From Narcine bancroftii (taxonomy: Eukaryota): DNA of 64,000 nt. Positions 35,837 through 48,421 of the stretch are shown here, piece by piece. Each line of letters starts with the position of its first letter. The first letter of the stretch is position 1. The position numbers and the translations under genes are program-made. Below the pieces are notes generated by a model. The model saw only the letters and a list, made by a program, of their open reading frames with translations. It had not been told where the DNA came from and ran no database searches. Where the stretch lies: contig NC_091475.1 of assembly GCF_036971445.1 (NCBI RefSeq), positions 27,590,001 to 27,654,000 of the forward strand, in the 5' to 3' direction.

Positions 35837-38361
35837 AAAATCCTGATTGTTATCTTCACATTTTGAATATTTTAGTGCAAAACTAAAGTCCTTTCTTGGG
35901 GTTGCATCTTGCACTTTCATTAGCAAACCAAATCTCAGCAATACTATGTGTGAATCTCAGCACGGTGTACAGCGAGGTCAGCTTCTAATTAATTATCTGG
36001 ATCCTGTTAATGATTTTTTTGTAATTCAGTGGAGAAAAAAATTAAGTACTTGATCTTTATTAAAAAAAAACAGTAGTTTTTCATAGCTATGAAATACAAG
36101 TCGGTGGAATTGCAGCAGATTTTAGACGTTGTTCATATGCAACCAATAATTTAAATTTAATCTCTTCAAACTGAACCAATTATTTGCACTTATTTGAATA
36201 TCAGTAAACTTTATGTACCTGGATTTTTTTTTTAATGTTGGTGTTTCTCCACCCACATACATTCAGCATCCCTGTCAGCTGATAAATAACACATTACTTA
36301 CTTTTCCCTTTGGCAATGTCAGTAGGAGGGACGGTTGTGACCAAGAATGCTTGTAGTTCTCTATGTACCTTTGGATTAAACTCAGTTTTTGCCAAGGTCA
36401 TATCAGTGGAATTGAGGTCCTGCAGAATTTCCGAGCAACAGTTTTATAACTATCTTTCACTTACAAGGTCATATTACGGTCAGAACAATGTGGTCTTAAA
36501 GGTGGTAATATTTTTTCAGACTATAAATATAGTTTAAATATAAAATTCCAACTTAACAAGGCTAATTATTCTGAGAAACTACCCATTATAATTTCTGTAA
36601 TACAGTTTACAGTCACTAAAGTTAGAAAAGTTCTTTGTGATTGAATATTTGAAAAACTATAGATGCAGAAATTCAAAATTAAAAAAAAACTATTAGATTA
36701 ACATTCCTCAAATCAGGCAGCTTCCTTTGGAAGAGAAACAAAGTCAACATTATGGGTCAAGGATCGTTTATCAGACTAGAGAAAAAAACCCCAGAATGTT
36801 TTGAAGCTGTACAGGAGAGAAATAGAGGGAATGTGCAATATAGTACAGACTCAATTTAAAATCTGGTAGAAAGAAACAAATTGAAACAAAAAGCTACAGC
36901 TGTATCCATGCTTCAATATTTTACATGTTGAAACTAGTAAGTGTAATGACATTTCATTGGTGTTATACCTTATCTATAAAAGATATATTAATGTTTCACA
37001 ACAATGAAAGAACTGTGTACCAACTACTTTGTCATGCACATTTCAAAGATTAAAATGCTTGTTCAAATTCAGTAATAGTGTGCAGAATTTCTTCAAAAAT
37101 GCTATTTATAGACTTGTCAGTCCAACTTGTCAATTTAAAACTTACCTCTTTCAAATTCACAGCTAAATGTTTTAGTAACTATGTAAAATGCCCAATGTTT
37201 ATTTCGACATAATTTGCATTGGAGAAATATAACTTATTCCAAGACATGCCGATTCTCACTCCAAGTGTTACTGACCAATGAAGAACTAATGACCATAATC
37301 AATAAGGATCAAAGATTTGACATATAAAATCGATCATTAAAAAATTGATCAATATTGGCTCTGATGATTGACAACAAAGTGCTTTTCCACAAGATATTCA
37401 CCTTACATGTGGCTTACCTGTACAGCCCACTCAACCATTTAAAAATGAGAATAGTTAAGACTGGCAAAAAGAAAATAGTTGATACGTACAGATCTCATCT
37501 ACTGGGCATACTTCATGATTCATATCCCTAGGAGCATCTATCTATGATTATTGAACAATAAAATATAATCTATTGGTTTAAGCAACTCCTTAAACCTCTC
37601 TGTGGACTTGTGTACCTTATTTCCTTGCTCTTTCTATATGTATTCTCCTTTGGAATTACTTTCTATATCATGAGATTCTCTTTACAATCATTTGTGAAGT
37701 ACGGCATGTCTCAAGGGCCCACTGCACCAAACAAGTCTTCAAAATTCCTCTCTTTGAATCATTGCTAATTATGAATGTACAGAGTCTCCAGTTATTAACC
37801 TTTACTACAACAGTAAAAATTGGAGCATTTAATACCTCAGCATGGTCATCATTTGTTAGATTTAAAACATGTAATACCATGTTTCATTTAAAAATACAGA
37901 ACAGGCACAAATTGTGCTGAGATTCAATGAATTTATCAGAAATGTACATATTTTTCACCACAAAATTGAAGAATTACTTGATTTCTAAGCAACTAATAGG
38001 AAATACAATGACCTAATTGGACTGAAATATCAGTTTATCAGGTTTGAATTAAGACCATCATCATCCCTGCTCTAACTGTCAGGAACATGTGCAGAGAAAA
38101 ATTGCTTGCACCCTCATCCTTTTGACTCTCTAAAAATGGACATTAAAAATAAATACATCATAATAATTTTACATTATAATTAATTGAACTTCAAGGCAAA
38201 GGTTCGGGATATCTCAAAGAAGATCTTCAATATACAACTAATATATGTGAATAGCTTATTTAAACAAAAGTAAACAAGTTTGAGAGCTTCAAAATACTTT
38301 AGTTAATATGAAGTAGTAATTGTAGATATCCTTTCTAATATATTTTCTATAAAAAGCTATT

Positions 38362-38544
38362 TCACAGGACTGTTAATTCTCCTGTGCAATGATTGCAACA
38401 ATTAAATGTGATATTTTCATATCTGGTATACGGATGAAATCGTCCAATACTCTTTTTATTAGAGAGAAATGTGGCTGGGGATGCATCGCAGAATGGAACG
38501 ACTGTTGCTTTACTACAGATTGCAGGATCCAACATCTTTAAAAC
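38362..38544 (-). CDS. blzf1: Golgin-45 (BLZF1) last coding exon
   Basis: IGRFHPYTRYENITFNCCNHCTGELTVL*, the conserved C-terminus that binds GRASP55. Confidence 0.95.
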   Translation of the reverse strand, partial: VLKMLDPAICSKATVVPFCDASPATFLSNKKSIGRFHPYTRYENITFNCCNHCTGELTVL

Positions 38545-39367
38545 CTGCAAGTAGAAAAATGATCTGAGCATTTTGAAATGTTAAGTTGACTAATGAGTTT
38601 GCTTAATTCAGTCATTATTGCTTTACTATTGGGACATTTTCTTTACCCTATCCTGTAGCAGCCTGTGGAGGAAAAATATGCACCTATCTATTTGATTTAT
38701 TGATAAATTTCTTTGGTTGACCTTTTTAAGTTGTTTCATTATTTCAAATGACTAGTTTATAGCAAGCAAAACAAATGGCAGAGCTAAAACAAAAGCTCCT
38801 TGAAATATCTGAATAAATTTGTATCTCAACAGGCAAGATTATGTAATCTACCATTAAACAAAGAATATTTGATATCTATCCATTGTAGTTAATATTTGTT
38901 ACAATTCTATTGTTACAAAATTTGCAAACTGCCTTGTTTAATGTGCATTTATTAAAATTGTTTATTTCTCTTGTCAATCTTGATCTTTCAAGAAGAGTTA
39001 AATATGTCTTCTTTTTAATTTATTGTTAATTGGGTTGAAAAAACTTAAGGATGCAATGTAGAACTAGTAATAAGGCAGGCATTACTTCAATCACAAATTG
39101 AATCAAATGGAACTAGTGTAGATGGGCAAAAAGGTTATCATGAACATTGTGGGACAAAGGACCCATTTCTGTACTGTACAAATCTATAACTCAATAATGA
39201 AAGGATGAAATAGTTTAAATATTTGCTCGTTAAAAGCTCCTGTGGACCAGAGGCACAACTTGCATAAATAGTCTGACAGTATCAGTTTACTTGAAGTTCA
39301 AGACAGTGAAAAGTCCTTAATATCATCTTCAAGGACTTTCCCATGCAATATCATCTTGATACTATAC

Positions 39368-39587
39368 CTTTTCAGCCATTTTTTCAGCAGGTGTGTTGCA
39401 GAATTCCATTTGTTGGTTAGTCTTTTGTGCATTACTTATATTTAGTTTTCCAAGAAGATGACAATTTACAGCCTCAGCTAATTTAAAATTGGCAGAAGCA
39501 AGTTCTGCTGTGGTGAGTGGTTGGGCACAAGGATAGTAGGTTTGTTGCCGACCCCACTGCAGTGATACCAAGAGCTCTTCAAGAAAT
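39368..39587 (-). CDS. blzf1: BLZF1 exon 6
   Basis: FLEELLVSLQWGRQQTY...FCNTPAEKMAEK. 220 nt, phase 2-0. Confidence 0.95.
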
Positions 39588-39700
39588 CTATGAAATATAA
39601 AAATAAATTACTTGATAGTTTGTTCTCTGCAAAACTAATTTACACAATTTCAACTCAGGGCGTGCGCGCATATGTATATAAATATATATTTTTATATATA

Positions 39701-40060
39701 TAGATCTCTAAAGACAGTTGAAAATAGCTATAGCAAAGTTGATCTTTACAGATTTTTGTGTAAATATATATGTATATACACACATACACATACTTAAAGT
39801 ATTACTACTGCATCTTAAAGCTGTCCTCTCTGGCTCACAAAAATCTGTAAAGATCTTCAGTATCATTTTGAGCGCATGGCTCGTGAAAAAAATCAGTTAA
39901 TCCTGGAAAATGATACTTTGAATCAAAATCCGTCTCAACTTTCTGAGCAACTGGAGAGGATGACCATACAGTGTGACGTATGGCGCAGCAAGTTCCTTGC
40001 GAGCAGGTTACTAGCCTATGGCATTTTGCTATAGCTATTTTCAACTGTGTTTAGAATCTA
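39701..40060. repeat. Fold-back structure containing an inverted copy of blzf1 exon 4
   Basis: 39701-39737 pairs with 40025-40060, and 39741-39760 pairs with 39836-39855. 39852-40026 is the reverse complement of 40814-40988. Confidence 0.95.
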
Positions 40061-40399
40061 GAATGCTGAAAAACTATCTGAAAATGAAAATTAAGCTTTT
40101 ATTTTAACAAGTTGGAACCACTCCTTTAATAATAAATATTGAGAAAAATGCAGCATCAGTTTTGAGTTGTTTAAATATGAGAAAAAGTGACAGGGCAACC
40201 TAAATGTTCATCACTGTAAATATGTTTTCCTGAGATACAAGTACTTATCAATGATAGGCACCATTCAGTGGTAATCTGCTTAATTTATGGACATTGCTTT
40301 CCTAAGAATGTTGAAATTTCTTTGTAACTGTTGGAGAGTTGAGGTTTATTGATTAATTGATAAAGCATGATCTGACATTTGAGGAAAAAAAAAGCATAC

Positions 40400-40528
40400 C
40401 TATGGGCATCAACCAGATCCTGACGAAATTGTTCCCGTTCCATGAGAAGATCCTGAATAGCACTCTGAGTTTCTCTAATATGATGCTGCAATGATGTCCT
40501 GGAATGGGACAGCTCATCAGCCATTACT
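40400..40528 (-). CDS. blzf1: BLZF1 exon 5
   Basis: VMADELSHSR...AIQDLLMEREQFRQ. 129 nt, phase 2-2. Confidence 0.95.
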
Positions 40529-40833
40529 CTGGGTGAGACGATGATCAAAACAAATTGTTATTTATAAAATTACAACAGACCAATTCAAATTATAAAAATT
40601 AATGCATTTAAGAAATAACTCAGGAATGTAGTTTACATCAAAAATAAGCTCTGAAGCCATTGTACAGTTTTTGACACAAATGAATGCAATTTTTTGAAAA
40701 CACTGAAATGTTAGCCAAAGTATTAAAACAAAATACATTTTAAGCAGCATATTAAAACAAAAAAAAGTTGTATCTAATTTTATTCAATTCTACTTTTTTG
40801 TTGAATTTACTTCAAATGCCATAGGCTAGTAAC

Positions 40834-41033
40834 CTGCTCGCAAGGAACTTGCTGCGCCATACATCACACTGTATGGTCATCCTTTCCAGTTGTTCAGAAA
40901 GTTGAGACAGATTTTGATTCAAAGTATCATTTTCCAGGATTAATTGATTTTTTTCACGAGCCATGCGCTCAAAATGATACTGAAGATCATCGCCAACAGA
41001 GGCCACAAGCAATTTTTTCAATTCACGATTCAC
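40834..41033 (-). CDS. blzf1: BLZF1 exon 4
   Basis: VNRELKKLLVASVGDDLQYHFER...QCDVWRSKFLAS. 200 nt, phase 0-2. Confidence 0.97.
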
Positions 41034-41334
41034 CTGCAACAGAAAAATATCTTTCATTGCTTTATTTTTTTAAGTACCTCAAAGATCCTATTAGTATTTA
41101 CTCTCAGTTGTTAATTCCATACATTTTAACTAATCCTGTGTTTTTTTTTGTTTTCTATCCACAATATTCAGTTTTGACAAGGACCTACATTGTTCTCCCA
41201 AAGCCCCTCACCTAACTGATGCCCTTTTCTGTATCTTTCTAGCAATTTGTTGCAGTGTTAGGAGAAATTTGACAGGTTTGGGAGAGAGATGCAAATCTAA
41301 GACCAGAACACATATTAAAATTGTGTCACCTCAC

Positions 41335-41780
41335 CTCAGACTGTACCCGGATTTGATTAGCAAGCCCTTCTTTATCCTGAAGGAGTCTTCTTTCAGAACA
41401 ATGAGATTTTTCAATGGCAGCTTTAAGTTCAGTCAGCTCTCTTTTGAGTTCAATTGTATTTTCTAACTGACTTGACAATTCACCTTTATGGGAACCTGCA
41501 AAGTCAGTCAGTTTTATACTCTTTGCAGGAAGTTCATGAATTATAGCAGCTTTGGGAACCAAAATCCTAACAGCTTCTACTTCAATTGCTTGTTTTGGCT
41601 GAATTTTCCCAAGCTGAAGAATGCCAGGCTTAGCAATAACTTGAGAAGAACTGGATGTTACATTAGTTCGCAGAGCAAAATAACTTTTTTTATTTATTCC
41701 TGACGTATTTTCCATTGGTTTGGCTGGTTCTTCTGTTTCCATTCCATCTCCAGGTCCACGGATGGATCGTACTTTCGGAA
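41335..41780 (-). CDS. blzf1: BLZF1 exon 3
   Basis: IRGPGDGMETEEP (tankyrase-binding-type RxxxDG motif), AVRILVPKAAI and SERRLLQDKEGL. 446 nt, phase 1-0. Confidence 0.95.
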
Positions 41781-42896
41781 CTAAAATATTAAACAAATTC
41801 TTTATTTGGTTAAATATAAAGCTAGATATATTAAACAGAGGTAACAATATTAATCTACTTTAAGCAACATTAACCATCAGTAAACTGTGGCAACATTCAA
41901 TCCTAGCACAATACTGTATTTTATTAACTGCTTTAAAATCATGTCCCATTAACTTACTACTTTGATATAAAATTAAATATACATATTCCACAATTACATC
42001 CCTAGTTTTGCTTCTTTTCTGGGTAATTATAAATATTGTTTAAATGGACCAATTTCTACATTTTGTTAATTTTGCTGCACAATAACAAGATGGCTTCCCT
42101 AACACATTTTCATGATACTGAATAAGTGATTCCCCTGACAAAATAATAATAGTTTAAGACTCAGCCAAGCAAATTTCCTATGTCCGGCAAAACACAATAC
42201 TACATCTGAACAGGACTTCTGAATTTCATGTACAGTTGCTCACTTGTTTATTTATACATTATGCTACATATGATACATTTTCTACCCTTTTACATCCTGA
42301 AATTGCAGAGATGTTATGAAGCATTAGTTTTAACCTATTTGTCTTAAACTAATGTAATGGCAAATTGGAATCACAATCCAAACAGCAACACGTGCCTCAA
42401 GTGTCCATGGAGTACTTTCTTTTATTAAACAGCACTACCTTGTCACTTCTAAAGTTGACAACTGAGGTGAAATAACTTAAGTAATATTGGTTGATCTTTG
42501 CATTTGGTTTGATGCAATTTTTTAACCCATTACCTTCTGACTCCAAAGACAAAAACCACTGGCATTGTGTCAAAGTTGATGCATGGTAAGAGACTGTATG
42601 GAAGACAAATCATGGCCGTCTAAATATTCCAAGATAATCCTACTAATAATCTCAATTTGAAATTACATTTAAAGAAGAATTCATCAAGAAGTTTACATAT
42701 TTTGGTACAATATTATCTATATTAAAACATAAATTATTCCATTAATGCAAAAGATCAGGAGATGAGAGGCAAATATGGATAGCATGACCACAGATATATT
42801 TGATAAATTCAGAGGCATAATTCATTGCTACAATTTTTACATAAATCAATATAACTGATTTTGACATAATTTCAAAATCATGTATTATTAAAATAC

Positions 42897-42927
42897 CTTT
42901 ATTCTCCATTTTGAAATCTGTTGACAT
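42897..42927 (-). CDS. blzf1: BLZF1 first coding segment (MSTDFKMENK-), in exon 2 spanning 42897-42952
   Basis: tttctcag acceptor, ATG at 42927, and a phase-1 donor G|gtattt that fits the next exon. Total CDS is 1209 nt. Confidence 0.75.
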
Positions 42928-43628
42928 TCGAAACGCTGTCACTAACGTTAATCTGAGAAAAAAAGAATTTATTATCAGACACTGCCAGATCAACACAAAC
43001 CCAATGTTTTTGTAAATTATTGTAAATGATGCTAATGTACTCCAACTACAGTAAAATCTACATTATCTGGCAATCAATGGAGAAAAAAAAAAAATAATTT
43101 TCATAAAAGATAAATAAGAATAAAGTTTTAAATAAAAATTTAAAATTGTAAAAGTAAATGTTCTCAGAAGCAACACATAACCCCTTGGAAGCAAACATTA
43201 AGCCAGTGGAACACCCTGGTCATGTCCCACCCACAGCAGCTGTATGAATAAAATTTCAATAAAGTTGTGTTTGAATTAAATGGCAGCATCCAGGATGAAG
43301 CGCCAGTTGATACTGCTCCCTACTGGGGCAACTCTCCCAAAGTGTCTCCCTTTCCCCACCTTGTAAGAGTCTTTATTACTATTAGGTATATTGATAAGTC
43401 TTTGCCTGTAAACTTGGGGTGGGGGGAATTAATTATGACAATGTCACGGTTAGTGTAGCAGCTAGCGTACTGCTGTTACAGCACCAGCGACTGGGTTTCA
43501 AATATGAATTTAAATTTTGTAAATTATAGGAATGACTTGATTAAGAGAACTTTGCATAATTAAAGAGTACAATACTAATTTTTTTTAATTACAATTTGCA
43601 CGATCTGACTTTTAAATGGAGTATTCTT

Positions 43629-44399
43629 TTTTTAAATATTTTTTTATTTTTCACACTGAACCATATTAACCAAAATATATACAAACATTTCCCTCTTAAA
43701 TATACACAGTGGCATTTTCTCCCCTTTCCCCCCCCACTACCTTCCCTCCCCCCTTCCCACCCCATTCCAAAACCTTCAACATATACAATACAATAATACC
43801 ATTAAACAATGTCATCACACAATTAAAAATAAACAAGAAAAATGTGTCATCTACTTTTACACAATGGATCAAGTAATTTTGTCTTCTTATCATTTTAGGG
43901 GGTGGAGTCTGACGCAAGCCCTCTCTGTTATGTTCCATGTACGGTTCCCAAATTTGTTCAAATAATGTGACTTTATTTTTTAAATTATATGTTATTTTTT
44001 CCAATGGAATACATTTATTCATTTCCATGTACCATTGCTGTACTCTCAGGCTCTCTTCCGATTTTCAAGTTTACATTATACATTTTTTTGCTACAGCTAA
44101 GGCTATCATAATAAATTTTTTTGCACTTCATCCAGTTTGAGGCCTAATTCCTTACTTCTTATATTACTTAGAAGAAAGGTCTCTGGATTTTTCGGTATGT
44201 TGTTTTTTTTGTGATTTTATTTAATATCTGATTTAGATCTTCCCAAAACTTTTTCACTTTCATACCCAAATTGCTTGTACTGTTGTTCCCATTTCCTTCT
44301 TACAGCGAAAACATCTATCTGATAATTTTGGATCCCATTTTCTTAACTTTTGGGGCGTGATATATAACCTGTGTAACCAATTATACTGTATCATGCATA
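43629..44399 (-). mobile_element. L1-clade LINE 3' end
   Basis: CIPLEKITYNLK...WEPY ORF2 end, G-rich UTR and A-rich tail. 15-bp TSD AAATGGA(G/A)TATTCTT at 43614-43628 and 44400-44414. Confidence 0.85.
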
Positions 44400-44554
44400 A
44401 AATGGAATATTCTTAATGGAGGTGTATTAGTTAGGCATTGTAAGAGTGAGTCTCAGTCAAATGGAAAATTTGCATTTCCGGCATCTACGATCCCCATAGA
44501 TATCGGATAATGGAGATTTTACTGTACTTGCAATTGATAAACAATTACATCCAA

Positions 44555-45185
44555 TTTGTCATACCCACACTCCTGTTCGGCTCCGAATCATGGGTCCTCT
44601 ACCGGCACCACCTACGGCTCCTAGAACGCTTCCACCAGCGTTGTCTCCGCTCCATCCTCAACATCCATTGGAGCGCTTACACCCCTAACGTCGAAGTACT
44701 CGAGATGGCAGAGGTCGACAGCATCGAGTCCACGCTGCTGAAGATCCAGCTGCGCTGGATGGGTCACGTCTCCAGAATGGAGGACCATCGCCTTCCCAAG
44801 ATCGTGTTATATGGCGAGCTCTCCACTGGCCACCGTGACAGAGGTGCACCAAAGAAAAGGTACAAGGACTGCCTAAAGAAATCTCTTGGTGCCTGCCACA
44901 TTGACCACCGCCAGTGGGCTGATAACGCCTCAAACCGTGCATCTTGGCGCCTCACAGTTTGGCGGGCAGCAACCTCCTTTGAAAAAGACCGCAGAGCCCA
45001 CCTCACTGACAAAAGGCAAAGGAGGAAAAACCCAACACCCAACCCCAACCAACCAATTTTCCCCTGCAACCGCTGCAATCGTGTCTGCCTGTCCCGCATC
45101 GGACTTGTCAGCCACAAACGAGCCTGCAGCTGACGTGGACTTTTTACCCTCTCCATAAATCTTCGTCCGCGAAGCCAAGCCAAAG
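44555..45185 (+). mobile_element. RTE LINE 3' fragment
   Basis: Open RT C-terminus. TSD ACATCCAA at 44547-44554 and 45186-45193. Confidence 0.93.
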
Positions 45186-46047
45186 ACATCCAACATGGAC
45201 AATACAAAAAAGAAACACATTTAACATGGAGAAATGCAAGGTACAAGGCTTTAGATGAAACCTGGAAGTTCTGATACAAGACAATAAGGCTCAGAAGCAG
45301 AATTTGGCCATTTGACCCATTGAATCTTCTCTGCCATTCGAATCATGATTGATGAATTTTTCTTCTCAACCCCATTCTCCTGCCTTCTCTCTGTAACCTT
45401 TAACACCCTTATCAAGAACTTATCACCCTCCATTTTAAATGACGGCCTCCATAGCCATCTGTGACAAACCTTTACACATATAAACACAACTTTATATTCA
45501 GTATTCTAAGTGCTTTCTCCTCAAATTCTTTGGAAATTTTTCTTGCGTGGGGAATATCCTATTTCCACTCAATTGTGTGAGAGATTTAAAAAACATGGGA
45601 TAGGCCATTACACACAAAACATCATCTGGACATGAAAGAGCAAAGTCTTGATCAACCACAGGTCAAATGTGACTGGAAACCAGGTTTTGACTTAGAAATT
45701 GTAAATTACCAAAGATTCGGGATCAAATCCTTACAGTTCCTGGGTATGCACATTACTCTAACTAAAGTTTGATACAGATTTAACATAACCTACATACTTT
45801 CAGTTTCATGCCTCTAGCTTATTTTTATTTATGCACTTGTTAATTTATGAGAAATATTAATTTGTGGAATAAGAGGGTCAAACATGATCATTTTCAATAG
45901 CAGAGCAAGCTCAAAGTAGCCTCTTCTAGTTTATCTATGTTTCTGTGTTTGCCAAATAATATCTTGTCTATCAAAATGCATTATGCAGTCCTCATTTGTC
46001 ACCAAGAGATATTAATAAGCAAAAAAAAAAGCAAATCTACTACCTAT

Positions 46048-47480
46048 TGTTATATAGAGAATTTAGGTTAAAAAGACTTAAGTTAAAATGTGATGATTAA
46101 TCATAAACAGGGAAGCCAGAATGGACAGAGAGTTTACTAGCAGTCAAGGACAGAAGGAGCTGCTGAATATGTTTTTTTAAACCTATCTTTTCATGGTCAT
46201 AGTGAGAGACATGCAGGAGACAAAGGATTGATAAGAAGTGTGAGAAACAGAATTCAGTGAATGTAGAGTTCACAGCGTACGTAACGAACGTGATAATTAA
46301 TAATGCAGTTATACTTAGAATGTTTTTGTAATACTAACCAATTAAAACAGTATTAATAAGAAGGGGAAGGGCAAATAATAAAGGTATAAAAATCAATGCA
46401 CTGTATGTATCGGGGCTTAACTGGTGAGAAACCAGTTGAGTCCAACTCTGCAGACTTGTAAATAAAGCTTGTCGTGTCATCAGTTTTAAAGAGACTCATG
46501 TGTGAGAAGTTTTATTTCTGACAAATGGGGGCTCGTCCGGGATCTACACTCCGGCCGTGAGGGGAGGCGAGAAGAGGGACATCGGAGGCGGTGCACCCCG
46601 CTGAGTTCAGCGGCTCCTAGTCCCTTGCTCGTCGCTTCGGGCGGCTTGAGCGAGTGGTATCCGGACAGGGTGACACGACAAGATGGAGAGGAGAAGGGTG
46701 ACGGTTCAATCCCCGGGAAGACACCGGTAAGTGACGACTTACGATTGTGGTGTGGGGATTGGGTAACAGGTGTAACGGGATGCACCTGTTTGGATAAAAA
46801 CCTAACGGAATAGATTAAGTATAGATCTTTTGTCGTTGTGTGAGAACCCTGTCGCGGGACTCTAGGATAGACCCCAGGGAAACCTCGGCGGTAACCGAAG
46901 GAGGGACAGCACCTCCGACGAAGTGCCGAGAAGAGAGGGGTCAACCCCAGGAAAACCTCAGCGGTAACCGAAGGAGGGACAGCACCTCCGACGAGGCGTC
47001 TGAGAGGAAGGGAGTAGGGTCCAGAGCGAGAGGGTCCTCAGCAACGATAAACAGATCTAGGTGGGAAAATGGGAAGATCAAAATCTAAGGGCTCGTCTGA
47101 AAATTCAGGACAATTCCTGGGAGTACCCCTTGACAGCCCTTTGGGGAGAATGTTTGAAAATTGGGATAGTAAAAGATATCGGGACAAAAACAAGAAAAAG
47201 ATGGTCCAATATTGTCTCCTTTGGTCAAAACAACCTACTAAAGGTTCCTCGGTCTGGTGGCCGAAATTTGGATCTGATGAGGATTGGGTTAGACAAGCAT
47301 TAAACAGTATTAATAAGAAGGGGAAGGGCAAATAATAAGGGTATAAAAATCAATGCACTGTATGTATCGGGGCTTAACTGGTGAGAAACCAGTTGAGTCC
47401 AACTCTGCAGACTTGTAAATAAAGCTTGTCGTGTCATCAGTTTTAAAGAGACTCATGTGTGAGAAGTTTTATTTCTGACA
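46048..47480 (+). mobile_element. Internally deleted class I (gamma/epsilon-like) endogenous retrovirus
   Basis: 5' LTR 46048-46523, PBS TGGGGGCTCGTCCGGGAT (tRNA-Pro) at 46526-46543, splice donor CCG|GTAAGT at 46727, gag start at 47069, partial 3' LTR about 47302-47480, TSD CCTAT. Confidence 0.93.
47069..47335 (+). pseudogene. gag: Truncated retroviral gag (matrix region only), reading into the 3' LTR
   Basis: MGRSKSK myristoylation signal. P.DSPLG.M...W, KKKMVQYC and WPKFGS are typical of class I ERV matrix. Confidence 0.8.
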
Positions 47481-48421
47481 CCTATTATGGTTGCTGGATG
47501 ACCTCCAGACTTTTGTGTATTGTTCTAGTTCTCCAGCATGTACAAACTCCTCGTTTACCTGTAAAGTCTATGGTGGATATACACTCTGCTTCTCTCATGA
47601 AATGGTAGATTCGAAATACACTGAAAGTGGAAACCTAGACATCTAGAGATCCATCGATATAATTCAACAAATGGCATAGATAACTACTGAAGACCTGTTA
47701 AAGTTTGGTGCCTTCTAAACCTTAGAACAAATTTCATCATTAAGAGTGGCACTTTATTCGTTTCGCAAAACTTGAGAACTCAACACACTATCAGGCAGCT
47801 GGTCCTGCAGTTAAGTGAGCCTGCCAACTGGTCAGTCTCTTCTGTTAAAACAATGCCTTATGACTTCTCGGTCCTCGATCTCAACCGTGGTCAAGCTGGT
47901 CCCTGTTCTTACCTCCTTTTTCTGACATACTTAGTTTTACACTTTTCCACCCGTACCCAAAAGATATCTTATGCGAGATTAGAACATCAAAAGGCAGAAC
48001 ATCCCGTCTCTACATCAAAGAGGAACATCGCCCCTCACTTCTAAAGTAGTGACAACCCCCTTAGCATTCTGTCACAAATTAGCAAAGCCCATTAAAATTG
48101 ATCATAGGCGAGGCAGCCCCACAGAGCAGCAAGAGGTGGCAGTTATACAACAGGTTGTAAAGTAATACTTCTTTATGGAACATTAAAACGTTTGTAATGT
48201 TTAAACGTCTGATTCTTCCATACGCTGCACGCCAGTCCTCATTTATTCTGATATGGATGGTTCTTTCAGGCCTTTGGTCGAATTTACAATAAAATCCCAG
48301 ACAGAAACATTTCAGTTAACTTACGTTTGATCACTTACAAAGATTTAATATTGATTTTGTTCACAAAAGATCGATCCAAATGTTTATAACAACGGCCGGA
48401 TGGGTATCGGCGCGAACCCAC

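Noticed and set aside
36056-36064. Overlapping poly(A) signals TTTATTAAA for convergent ccdc181 and blzf1
   Set aside because: Such hexamers are common in this AT-rich DNA and cannot be assigned without transcript data.
39852-40026. A second, plus-strand blzf1 gene or processed pseudogene
   Set aside because: It is only part of one exon plus intron sequence, with no acceptor, other exons or poly(A) tail, so it is a DNA-level inverted copy.
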